DNA of 64,000 bases from Styela clava (taxonomy: Eukaryota), in contig NC_135251.1 in NCBI RefSeq assembly GCF_964204865.1, positions 620,001-684,000 on the forward strand, written 5' to 3'. Numbering within the stretch: the first letter of the stretch is position 1; the number at the start of each line of letters is the position of its first letter. Positions 51,972 through 63,492 of the stretch are shown piece after piece. Both the position numbers and the translations under genes were made by a program. The notes below the pieces were generated by a model, which was not told where the DNA came from, searched no databases, and was given only the letters and a program-made list of their open reading frames with translations.

Positions 51972-52202
51972 TTGGTGCATATCACTATATGTACAAACGC
52001 ACACGCCTTCCAGCAGTTTTTGCGGTCTGTATGTGTTTATATGGTTCATATAAAGAAACTGCTGGTTATAGTTGCACTAAGAGTGCGAAGCTTAATTCTT
52101 TACAAACACCGAGAATTCACATTTACACTAATAAATTTCCCAGATAATGCGATCAGACTCGAATATGCGCAAATGGTAAGAAGAAAACGATATAAGTTTT
52201 GA
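51972..52202 (+). pseudogene. FGF-like copy
   Basis: AFQQFLRS..RVRSLILYKH..FPDNAI..EYAQM. Confidence 0.55.
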
Positions 52203-52629
52203 AAGCCTGGTTTGAAAACCATTTCTCTTTGCCCCTGGAATATTCAATAAGCTAGCAACACTTATATTGTTCGTCTTTTACCATTTGTGCATTTCCAAAC
52301 TATTTTCTAGGTAAAACTGGCCTTCGTTCAAGATTATAAGAAAATGGAAATCCAAAATTGTAATGACTAATTATTGTCGTTATGCCTTTGGGAACTATTT
52401 TTAATCATAACTAGTGCTATTTTAAAAAGGAGTTTGGAAGTGCTTTTAGACATTTTATAGTTGTTTTAGACTTTAAATATCAGCATATCATTTAAAATCA
52501 GCATGTTTGCTTATTCTGTAACAAAACACACCACGCATGCATTACTTACAAGTTTTGCATTTTCTCTTCGAAAAACAATATTTCTTTGCATCGTTCTGTG
52601 TGCGCAGACATTTGCAATATTTGTTTTTG

Positions 52630-52763
52630 ATTTGACATCGAATCAGCTTCGGTTTCGGCTTTGCTGGTTGGTTTTTTATTCTCTTATCAACAATGTCTTC
52701 TTCTTCATCCTAAATTATTTAGAACGTGATAATCTCGAAGAATCCATAGCAAGAGTATTATAA
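52630..52763 (+). pseudogene. FGF-like fragment
   Basis: SNQLRFRLCWLVFYS. Confidence 0.35.
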
Positions 52764-52939
52764 TCATTGTGGGCGCGAAGTACTCCCGTAGTATGTGAAC
52801 CAATATGGCCTCACCCTAACCTGGTACACATACTACGTTCCGGTGTCCGCCATCTTGGACCACGAGCAGTGGTCTCCTCTATAGACCATTCGCAATTAAT
52901 TTGAAGTGAATTGAGTTTAACTTGGTCAATTATTCGTCT

Positions 52940-53400
52940 GGAATACATTTATTCTCATACTTTAGTTTGTTGGCTTTATATTATTAGGCGTGGCGCACTG
53001 ATGAAAATTCGAGGTATTTTATAGAACATCTGGGGCCACAAGCGTTGAGGAAGACAGACCATTGAAGATTTATTAGCATTTGCAGTGGTATGAGCGTTGG
53101 AACTAAATGTGTTTGCATCGCAGGTAAAATCTTGTCCAAATCCTATGCTCGCCACCTTGCATTGGCAATACAAATTCGTATAGATTACGGTTTTTCTGAA
53201 TTTCCTCATATAATTGGCTTTTGCCCAAATCCTTGTTTTACGTTTACACAATTCTACCAACCTCAGATTCTTCTTCTGTCGAAGCTTTTGGTTTTTCTTG
53301 TGAGTTTTCAGTCCGATTCTCGCTCTCGCCTTCCTCCTCGTCGTCTATCGTTGCTGACTTCAGTATTGGTGCCTGCCACGGGAATGCTGGTCCCTTTATA
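52940..53400 (-). pseudogene. Intronless FGF-like copy
   Basis: Acidic pro-region; NLRLVEL; GGEHRIWTRFYL; MFYK..KPTN; nt homology with 115-215. Confidence 0.6.
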
Positions 53401-53599
53401 TGAATTACATATAAGATCCCATTAGTCGATGCAAAGCGTGGGTTGTTAAAGGTTTAAGGTGATATAGCACATGCAATTACAGCCCAAAATAATGTAATTA
53501 GTTTAAATCCTGTATTGTATTTGGAAATTTGCAAATGGGTTAAATACCAGTTTCTCAACTACATGAACACAAAGACATATAACGGTTCACACTACGCAA

Positions 53600-54260
53600 T
53601 GCGAATCATATTCAAAAAACTTTTTACCCCTATAAAAAAAACTTTGCTTAGAAATTTAATTGACGTGCGGACAGAATAAGCTGCTGCCAAAGTTTTAGTT
53701 TCACGATTACGCACACAAAATAGGGTCTCAGGTGTGTTTATATATATGTTCATCCGTGCGACAGGTATATCCACTAAGAATGGACTTGACACAATTCTTA
53801 CGACAATGTTAAAGAAATTTTTTGTTTTATATTCAGTTCATGTTATATCCGGAAAAAGTTGATTGAAATTGAATTCCAGAGAATTTTGTGCAAAATACTA
53901 CGCCTAGTAACCGAATAGAAAAGGTTTACGAGCATATTTTCCACCATAAACACCACAAACCTCTTTTGAAATTTCTTCTTCGATCATTTCTTCAAGGATT
54001 GGACATGACTGGGAGCAAACTTTTTCTGGCAACCCTCGAGGTGAGAGAGCACAATGACGTTGAGTCTGGAAAAAAAAGATCATGATCAATTTTGAGTTTT
54101 CTACTCCGATTATTTGAGGGTTTTGTGTTATTAGTTGGGCTTCTGCGGTACTAATTCTACGTATCCTTTTATGGTATCGTTCTAGTGGATCCGTATGTGT
54201 ATAATGTTAGGATACTGTAGCAAGATTAAAATTGATTATTTTGGGTGAGTCAAGAGTTTG
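53600..54260 (-). pseudogene. Leader module plus FGF8-like core
   Basis: TLDSPKIINFNLATVS*HYTHTDPLERYHKRIRR; PVARMNIYINTPETLFCVRNRETK gapless vs [24 protein letters not shown]. Confidence 0.7.
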
Positions 54261-54314
54261 CTTGGCGCGCGCGAATATATACTGTAACGCTTCGTATGAC
54301 CAAGGTCAAATCTC

Positions 54315-54680
54315 CTGACAATTTCATAATTCAACTATGTCTAATGAAGTCGGTCATTTCACGTTTACATGTAATCATGATATGTTTCTTTATATAAGTG
54401 ACTGTTTCTGCCTCGTTTGTAGAAAATTCGTGAAACCCATCATCAAAATTGTTATTGGGTTCAATAGTTCAAACAACTTTCCCTAAAACGAGTTTCGCAT
54501 GTTTTAATGCCAGAGGCGTAATACATAAAAGATAAATTAAAATGCGGCGATGAATCATCATTCTGGTCTTGACATAAGCTGTATTTTAAATGTAATATGA
54601 AATAAATATGGTGGCGATGGTAGTTCTGGTTGTTGAACACGTTGCCAGCTTAAAACGCTTTCAGAATGACGATAAAAGAA
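54315..54680 (+). pseudogene. FGF-like copy
   Basis: NFIIQL..VISRL..MICFF; VAM; RCQLK. Confidence 0.35.
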
Positions 54681-55089
54681 GACAAATATTTCTACAAACA
54701 AAGTTTAGTATACATTCATCACAGTCTATTAAAGAAAGTTCGCATAAACCGTTTTTAAACAGTTTTTGTTAAAAAAATTTCATCCGGATTTTGGAACTGG
54801 ATCGAAATTGTTTACAATCTGAAGTTTCATTCGGAGTCAATTATTTAAAATCCGGAATTCGTGCCAGCATTGCAATTGTTTGCAATCAGGAGTTGCACTC
54901 GGAAACAAATTTTTTAAAAATCCGGATTTCGGAGACGAAGTCAAATTTTTTTTTTAATTTGGAGTCGTTTTTTTTCGTTTGAATCCGTAGTAGGAGTCTA
55001 CAGTCCATGTATTGCATAATGTCAACTTTCATCGTGTATTCATGAAACATCTGGTTTTTGCATTAAAAGATATTTTAATAATCTCTGCA

Positions 55090-55520
55090 GACTTTATTAA
55101 TAACTTGACATTTTCCAATTCTGCTTCATTTATTTTGATATTTATTTGTCGCTTTGGTGAGTTTGAAATAATGACTCATTCATCGGATTTATTTAAACAA
55201 CATCGCATGTTGAAGATCGAGATTCTTAAGCAGATTAGCTTGGATTTGATAATAATCAACTTCCTGGATATTTTCAGCCACGTAAGGACCTTAAGTAATA
55301 GCTTGGTACTTAGCGATCGCACCGCATACATAGAATAGTGAAATCAGGTTAAATCTAAACAGACATAGCAGCAATGCATGGCAACTTATATAGATTGAAT
55401 AATCGTATACGAAATGGATCTCCAAATGCTAAATTGTTGTTCTTGTCGGTATTTGGAAGATCGCCCTTCTCTTCAGCAAATAACTCAATCCGATTTTTGT
55501 ACAATAACGTTGACTTAGTG
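55090..55520 (+). pseudogene. FGF8-like copy
   Basis: FKQHRMLKIEILKQISLDLI..IFS; NGSPNAKLLFLSVFG..RFL. Confidence 0.75.
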
Positions 55521-55609
55521 ATCTAAAAGGCTAATTTTTATTATTTTCCGAGTCCTACGGAGCCCGTTATTTCACCTCAAATTTTCCTTTTCACTGTTTT
55601 GCTGGCATT

Positions 55610-55949
55610 GCAGTACTCATTTGACCTTCGTGGGTGTATTTGAGCATTGCCATCTTGTTTAATCTCGGGATCGGATTTTCACAACGAGATGTGGTTAAGG
55701 CAAAAACCAGCAATGCGCATAGTTTGATACGAGATACCGCGATACGTTTTGTTTAATAAACTTGTTGTAAATTACAACATGGCTGCCGTTGAATAAATCA
55801 AATACCATGTACAATTTGCTGCGTGACGCCATTGCGCGGCCTGTGCAACGCACGTACACAACAAAAAGTAGCAGAGATGCGGTAAAATACTTGCTACAGT
55901 GCCGTTGATTTTCATTGGTTGGAATTACCGAGAATAGAAACACCTTCAA
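55610..55949 (-). pseudogene. FGF18-like copy
   Basis: SRSKLYMVFDLFNGSHVVI..NYAH; VKIRSRD*TRWQCSN. Confidence 0.65.
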
Positions 55950-56129
55950 TCTTGCGTTTCAACTTACAACTTCTGTTCTAAAAAAATGTAGATTCCGGAT
56001 ACATACTTTGATTAGATTTGTCACACTTCAGCCGTTTATGCGATTTGATTTGTATTTTCAACGGATGTAATTGTTTGAATAACTGCAATAAACAAAAATG
56101 CTACTCCGACCTTTAACCTCAGATGTCTA

Positions 56130-56283
56130 CTTTAGTGTGATTGTGCAATTTTTTACTTGGCTCCACTTTGAATGCGTTTCTATGCATGCGGTCACGTACA
56201 CGTCAGAAGCTTCTATTTTTGGAAGGACAGTTAGGTGGTCCGGCATTGTGCCCGGTGTATTACACTCTAAAACTGGGATTTGA
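56130..56283 (+). pseudogene. FGF8-like copy
   Basis: VQFFT..CVSM; EASIFGRTVRWSGIVPG. Confidence 0.65.
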
Positions 56284-57134
56284 ATTCGGAATTTCTAACC
56301 CCCTATGCTAACATAGATAACTTCAATTTTCTAACTAACCATTTTTAGGTTGTGAACTGGTTGATCTTTTCAAAACACCATTTGGCTGTAGCAACGGATC
56401 TGATAAATTATTAATAATGATGCGTCACTGTTGGATAATTGCTGATTTGCTATAACTGCGGAAGGAAACGAGGAAGTTTTCTGAAAATTTTCGTGATTTG
56501 TTCTGCGTGTTATTTTTGTATCACGGTGGAGTTTAACTAAATTATTCATTCATTTGAGTGACAAATAAATTAGCCGATAAATAGTGATGACCGCAGCATT
56601 AAATACATTCCTTTGATATTAAAATCCGTGTAGGTTAGCGATGGTCGGCTGATAAGAAATGTCACCTGCATGTTGTTGTACGTGTGCAAATATGATTATT
56701 TTTGAGAACAGACGATCGGTTGTTGAGAGAATATTTCTTGTTTTACATGTCATGTACAGATGATACTGGGATTGCGTTACCGGCACCATGAACATATCGA
56801 GCGTATTGATTACCTGATCTCATTAATCGGTCAGCGGCGTTTTTTAAACTGTCACAATTTGTAGGAAGACCAGAGAAAATATAAGAACGCATTACAAAGT
56901 GATTGGTCCTGTATTGGAATTGAGAAACAATTTTTTCGTTAACAACAACAACATGGACAACAATTTAGCAATTTATTCATATTGTACCAGTTTTCATTAG
57001 GAAAATTTGCTGAAAGCAAGTTCGCGCGCACTCACTCAGAGGTAAAGGAAACTCATCAACAGTAAAGTTTGGCAACCATTGGAATGCCAAGCGCTTATGA
57101 AACTGTACAAAATTATTGTGATCATAACGTTCTG

Positions 57135-57360
57135 CCACCCAGAAGTAAAGCAGACTCATCTCTGAGCAAAGTTAATGTCAACCACTCAGAAATAAAACAG
57201 ACTCTTCTATGAGCAAAGTTATGGGCACTCACTCAGAAGTGAAGAAAACTCATCTCTGAGCAAAGTTACGTGCGACGCGTTAGTAAATACCGATTGAATA
57301 AAATAAAAATAGTTTGATTGGCTGCACGCTCACAGGCTTCCAAGTTCTCACGAAGCCTAC
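57135..57360 (+). repeat. ~47-bp tandem repeat (x3) leading into an FGF-like segment
   Basis: CACTCAGAAGTAAAGCAGACTCATCTCTGAGCAAAGTTA x3; last unit reads LISEQSYV..SKYRLNKIKIV*L. Confidence 0.7.
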
Positions 57361-57510
57361 ACCTCAAAACACCCGTGGAATGCAATAATCCAGACACAGC
57401 TGACGCCTAGTTTTAAACGTAACTTTCGTTTTGTTTTATTGCTCTCACTACAACGAGTCGTGTCGCGAAATTTAGTAAACAAATGAGCTTTACCGTTAAA
57501 TCTTTCAATA

Positions 57511-57774
57511 TCAACATAAAAGTAAAATTACAACTTGTTGCCGAATTATTTTAGTATTTGATTGTTTGGTTTTGACAATTTGAGTTCTTGAATAATATTT
57601 TGATAAAACTTTCAATATCATCACAAAACACGAGATATAATGAAAAAATGTTTTTATGTGTGCGTGTTTAATTTTAGCTAATTTTTCGATGATTTCATGA
57701 TCTCGAATACTTGGCAGATATGTAATTGTAGGTGTATGTGACACATGACTTATTGAAAACATAGAATCCATCAC
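57511..57774 (-). pseudogene. FGF-like copy
   Basis: IEKLAK..HIKTFFHY......LKVL..NTKII. Confidence 0.45.
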
Positions 57775-59099
57775 TCAGACAGTTCACACGAAATAAGAAA
57801 GAACCTGGGATAAAAAGAGTCAGAACTGAATCTAAATATGGCTTCAATAAAAATAATTCAGGGGTTCACCTCGACCTCTTGCGGACAAAAAAAAGCAAAA
57901 TGACGGCGATTCGAAATTCTCGTCTAAACCGATTCGAATAATTTATCATTCAATTTAAATATTCGATTCAAAATGCACAGCCCTACTCGTGACTTGACTA
58001 GCAACTGTAAACAACACTACTATTTAGTAAAGCGAAATAGTTGAAAGCCTCTACTACTTATATGGTCATTACAAATAGGTGAAAATATTTACAATAAAAA
58101 CATTTGAACTCACTTCAATGCAGTTGACGTCTTTCGTGTTCACGGCTGCAAAAAATGGAAATGTATATTTATATGAGGTATAGAAATATGTGGTGTGTTG
58201 TCCCAGTGCGGAGAGAAATGTCCCCAAGAGAAGGAATTTTACTATTTTCACGGGGGAATCTAGCTCTGAGCTTTCGTGTAGCATAACAAATATTCTTTTA
58301 TTTCTTTTAAATTACTGAAATACATATTGATGCAGACAATATGAACTATCCAAACTTAAAAACGCCTGAGATGAGTATTATTCAAAAATTGAACAAGTAA
58401 CAGAAATAGAGATTTTTTGCGCTCCGAAAGAAGTGAAGAGTTCCTAAATACACAAAGGGAAGAAATTATCGAAAAGGTTTAACTGCTGGACTGCGTTATT
58501 TGGTCGTATTTTTGCTCAAAATTGTTTGTATTATATCTGGTTCACTCTACTGCATGTCGAATAACACATGACATGAGGTGGGAAGTCGAATATAATAAAA
58601 TGATACTGAAGCGAAACTAACAATTCAGGTTATAACCTGACTCTGGTAAAATTTCAGAATTTGTTTAGCAGGGGAAATCTGTGCCAAGCAGTGCAAGAAG
58701 ATTATCATTTGAAACCAAAAAAGAAAACTATGTTTAACCCGCTGATAACTAAACAAAACACGAGTCATATTAGGAAAGTCTTTGGATTGGATTAGAATGA
58801 GATAAATCGGGATAATCAGTTCGGCAATGAGTTTAATCTTATTATTTGGTTTGTGATGAGTTGCTAATAATAATAGTTTTAATTCCCATTTAACGCCCAT
58901 ATGTTTGTAAAAGTCGAGCGCAATGGTTCATGATATGCGCCGTCGTATATAAAAACTGTCAACATTTGTGGCACTTGTGGTAGGAGTTATAATCGTATAT
59001 GCAATGGTCATTTCAAACCATAGACGATTTTTACCTGGAAGTGACTGTTTCAAAGATTTATTTTCAGATTAACATAAAACATGCCGAAAAAAAATCTTC

Positions 59100-59523
59100 A
59101 GAAAAATTTAGCAGTAGTGCTACGCATTGGTCTCTGCGCGGTTATAATACGCGCTTTGTAAAGTTTTATAAACGCGAAACATATTTTGTCGAGTTAGTGT
59201 CGCATACTTTACCGAGGGAACAAGTTGTTTTTCTCGCTTTAACGACCTCAGGGCAGATCATGGTTAGTGAGGATTTAAAATAAATTGATAGATAAATCCG
59301 TAGATTGATAAATAATCGCATTCCGAAAACCATATTTACGGCTTCATTGACGATGATTTGGGCGGTTTTATGTCGCGCTAAGAAAAACACGATCTCTATA
59401 ATTTATTTGCTAAACACGGCTGGGTTCAAGCATGCAAATAAGTGGAAAACTTATTATTATTACAACACAATATACGTGTGTGATTCTTGGAATCGTCAAG
59501 TAAAAAGGTTTGGGAATAAATAA
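59100..59523 (+). pseudogene. FGF-like copy
   Basis: TRFVKFYKRETYFVELV; NTIYVCDSWNRQV. Confidence 0.5.
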
Positions 59524-59849
59524 ATAAACATTTAATGATTTCAATGTTTACAAAGATTGAAATATTTGGCAAAATACTTTTTAATAACAAGAACCGAAAG
59601 TAAATGAAGTGCGACCAGCTGAAGTCTGTTGGTGTTGTTAATGGAAATGCTTCTCATGAGCTGCGGGCAAATTATTTTTTAAACACTTTAAAACTGCGTA
59701 TGTCGCCTACGAAACGAACAATATATTTAACTTTACAATTAGCATTGTAATAATTGATACAAATTTGCTCAAAGTAAGATATTAAGTTCTAAAAGTGAGA
59801 AGAATAGGTTTCAGACAATACTCACTGTAATAGGACATTGAGAACAAGT

Positions 59850-60070
59850 TGCCGAATTTCTCGCAAGTTCCGAGCTCGTCCGCATCACATTCCAAGTCTA
59901 CCAGAAGCATTTCATGACCTACAGTGTCTGTACCGTAAATGTCATACGACATCGTTTCCCCAACTTTAGCAATCTTCGTCTCAGTGTGAAGTTCTTCGAC
60001 CTATTGAGTATTAAATACTTTGCTACTATATTTCAGTGTTGGCTCCTTAAAACCCGAGTCTCGAAGTCAC
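59850..60070 (+). pseudogene. FGF8-like copy
   Basis: LPNFSQV; LVRITFQVY; FSNL..LLSIK..T. Confidence 0.55.
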
Positions 60071-60510
60071 GTAATCAGTATTCAGTATTTTATTTTTGTA
60101 CCATCATGAAAATACTTTTGTACGAACAACAAAAAAACGTAAAAATGACAGGATGGCGTAAAAATTTCAGGATGAAGGAGGCTACCAAAACCAATACTGG
60201 TTCACGAGCAGCGACACCAGTCTATTAAGTTAACAGTAATTACGAGAAGGAAAAAGTCAAAGATTGTATCATTAAAAAAAAATTTCAGCCAAATGAAAAA
60301 ACAACATACAAAAATACTCTGAGCACCGTGAGGTAACCATAGTAACGAGTCCTGGTTATTTCATTCAGATAACTCGAGTGTTTGATAAATGATGTCTTAG
60401 TGCTGTTTACCTTACCTTTCTTCCTAACCCCCAAAGTTTAGTGACTCTGACCTTTCATGGGGCAAATGTAACTTTGTTCAGAGATGGTTGTTATTTAACT
60501 CTGAGCGAAT

Positions 60511-60759
60511 TTGTATGATCATGCTTTGAGATATATTGAAACAATAAAACACATAAATTACCGAAATGCTCGCTCCTCTGACGAGATAGACGTCTCTCAA
60601 TGTGAGGTAGATTCTGCTCATTTCTTTTATTCCCATCGGTCGAACGATCCAGCAGGTGCTTGTCATCCCGACAACGTGTCCAACTTTGGGGAATTCAATC
60701 TCATCCATGCCAGATGTCAAGATACTGCAACCAACTGGGAAGGATTTAAAGGCTTTTAG
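60511..60759 (+). pseudogene. FGF-like copy
   Basis: DVSQCEV..FFYS..HPDNV-SNFGEFNLI..FKG. Confidence 0.5.
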
Positions 60760-60789
60760 ATTTGATGAATAATTCAATGATATTTAAAA

Positions 60790-60960
60790 GGTTACCGGAA
60801 ATCGAAACAGGTTCGAGTCACGTTTTGAAATACTGGCAACATTGCAAAAGCTGAGCCAACACAATTCTGATGTCAGAATAGCTAGAGATTTGCAGTTCAA
60901 TATCGTTCTCGATCTTATTTTTTATTTATCTCTTGTGCTAGTGAGTGCACGTAATGAATG
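60790..60960 (+). pseudogene. FGF-like copy, recent paralog of 63254-63492
   Basis: FESRFEILATLQKLS..RIARDLQF..VSARNE; ~85 bp near-identical to 63254-63337. Confidence 0.55.
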
Positions 60961-61464
60961 ATGCTGCAGCAAGAGTGCAGTTCACTATTCTAAAAGATTG
61001 AAGTGTCTTGTCGCACACTCACAAAAATATATATTCTCAATACTAATTCTTTATCTATGCTTTTGTTTTGGTAGATCTCTATATGTATGATATAAAGAAA
61101 TCATCATCAATGTAATGCGGGCGCGGTGGCCAGCTCATTAAATTAACAATCTTGGCACCGCAGATTGAACGCATCAGGTTCAAACCGCCACATGCTGAAC
61201 CGGAAAGATTCCGGTCGTTTCTGACGTATCAGTTACTTCTTGTACAGTGCATTGTTCAAGATGCAATATGTCTTTAAACGTCAAGTCAAGTTTATTTTTT
61301 CCAACCAGTAAAGGACAAAAAATTTATAAGGAAAAATGATATTTACATTACTCGGGAAGGGAAGTCGCGGGGAACCAAAGCAGAGATGCCCAAGAATTTA
61401 ACATCTAATTTTACCGATTGGGGAGGAGGCTTTCAGATGATATTTACTGTATGAATTTTGCCAA

Positions 61465-61570
61465 TCAGCCAACCAATATCAATTGTTAGAGGTTATTACT
61501 AGAAATTACCGAGTATTAAATGTGCAGCGAATAACCGAAAAATCCCCGTTTGCCCTTAATGTAACCTAAT
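61465..61570 (+). pseudogene. FGF8-like fragment
   Basis: NQYQLLEVITRNYRVLN; SPFA. Confidence 0.45.
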
Positions 61571-62153
61571 TAATAAAACTTCAATAACGATTGAAGCCAC
61601 ACATGCGAAACAAACCATCACAGAAAATGGAAGGTAATATGTCACGATTTTGAGCGCATATTAATTACATCAACCAAGTTCGTCGATATTTGAAATCGTC
61701 AAATTAATCCGCGATTTAGTTTTACAAAATGAGAAAAACTATTATTAGGAAATCCTCGCGAATTATTTTTAAGATAATGAACGTTAAAGTATGCCAAGAA
61801 TGCAAAAGATACCGAAATAGCACCACTGATTATGTGTCCATCAAACATTGTTTCTAACTCGGCTGTCGGAACGGTGACATTTTGAGAGGCTTCACCGAAA
61901 GACTCGCTGTGTTAGTCACGGTCTGTTATGTGGAATAAGCTGAATTAACTCATGATTGGGCGAATATTTACCTAATGATGAAATATTTTGAAAACGTGAA
62001 TTTTGAAAGATCACAATCTATCTACTCTACGTAAGAGCAATGTTCAGCAAATTGTGGATACAAACGCAACGGTACCTGTTGTACCAGATGTCACGTGACA
62101 GCGTTTCCGTGAATTTAAAATTAAACCACAAATCTTGAAAGCATTGACGTATA

Positions 62154-62397
62154 TATTTCCGTCATCACGGCTAATCAGCAATAAAGATCAAAGGTGAAGT
62201 AAACATTATTGTGACTCACCGAAGAAACACATTGGCTTCCGTGTTTATTTCCGTAACGATAAATAATCAGCAATCGAGATCAAAGGTGAAGTAAACATTA
62301 CTGCGCTATAGAAGCACTTTGACTCACAAATAACAAAAGCACATTGACTTCCGTGTTTATTTCCGTAACGATGGCTAATCAGCAATCGAGATCAAAG
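62154..62397 (+). repeat. Tandem repeat, ~90-110-bp unit x2.5
   Basis: TATTTCCGT..TAATCAGCAAT..AGATCAAAG x3. Confidence 0.85.
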
Positions 62398-62402
62398 ATT
62401 AA

Positions 62403-62600
62403 TTACTCACCATAAAAGAAAGCTTTAAAGCTTCCAGTCTCATCTCTAGGAATATGGATGGTAACTGAGCTGACGTCCGAAACAATCATTTCAAATTTAT
62501 TCCCAACGTCGGATCCGATCTCTCTCCAATAAGTCTTCTCTCCTGATCTCGTCGCGACAAAAATAGTTTTCTTTAGTTTGAAATCCTGAAAAATATTTAA
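62403..62600 (-). pseudogene. FGF17-like copy
   Basis: ATRSGEK..GSDVGNKFEMIV..IHI..ETGSF; gtgagt donor. Confidence 0.55.
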
Positions 62601-62713
62601 AAAAAATAGATAAAATATAAGAAAATACACTAAATCATTACCGGGCAATTATCTATTTGCAACACTTCCTATCACAAAATCTTTTTGGAAATGCTGTGAT
62701 AGTTTTCCTTCGG

Positions 62714-62900
62714 GTGCCAGTATACTTTGTACTCGGAACATGAACTCTACAAAAACCGGTTATGTTCATTTCAACATTTATTTAACGTCATCTGTTCATC
62801 AAAAAATCAACACGCTGTCATTGACACGATGTCTTTCGTGGCTTCGCGTCAATTGCGATATATTGTATGCATGTATACTCCAGTCTTCAATTGATTTTTG
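62714..62900 (+). pseudogene. FGF-like copy
   Basis: QYTLYS..GYVHF; SWLRV..LYACI. Confidence 0.5.
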
Positions 62901-63253
62901 TATTATCATTATAATTGTTTAATCATGTACAATATTTCATGCTCGACGAAATAAAACTTCTGTGTTCTGAGTTCATTCGCGAATAATTTTTATTGTAAGC
63001 CAGTCATGAGCGAGTCTCTTCCAAGAACAGTTTTGCTGCGTGATAATTTAAAAACACAGAAAATCGTGTGTTTTTTGTCTGACGTTAATCGACCTGTATC
63101 ATGGCGTATAAACTTATTCAATGAAAATCTCAGGTAATAAAACATTTAATATCAAAACTCCCTCAATTAATTTGCTCGTCTCGCCGCCATTTTTATGCAG
63201 AATTGTTTGACAATCGGTCTAAAACGTGCGTACTAGTGACGTCACTATTTAGA

Positions 63254-63492
63254 AGGTTACCGGAAGTAGAAACAAGGTCGAGTCACGTTTTGAAATACTG
63301 GCAACATTGCAAAAGCTGAGCCAGCACAATTCTGATGCCTGGATTGTTAAAAATTTGCAGTTCGCCGTTTCCGATATTGATGTTATGCCAATAAACGACC
63401 GCTTGCTCGAACAAGGTTATTTAGTGATATTTGAAAAGCTACAAGTTTTGAAAAGAATGGCATCACCTCCCCGATTTAATACACCACGATAA
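63254..63492 (+). pseudogene. FGF-like copy
   Basis: LQKLS..IVKNLQF..IFEKLQV. Confidence 0.5.

Noticed and set aside
52976-53260. Cystine-knot or neurotrophin-like C...CQC ORF
   Set aside because: Cys spacing is incomplete, and DNA homology links the region to the FGF-like copies.
57135-62400. Short direct repeats (57135, 62154) as CRISPR arrays
   Set aside because: No unique spacers, no cas genes, eukaryotic context.
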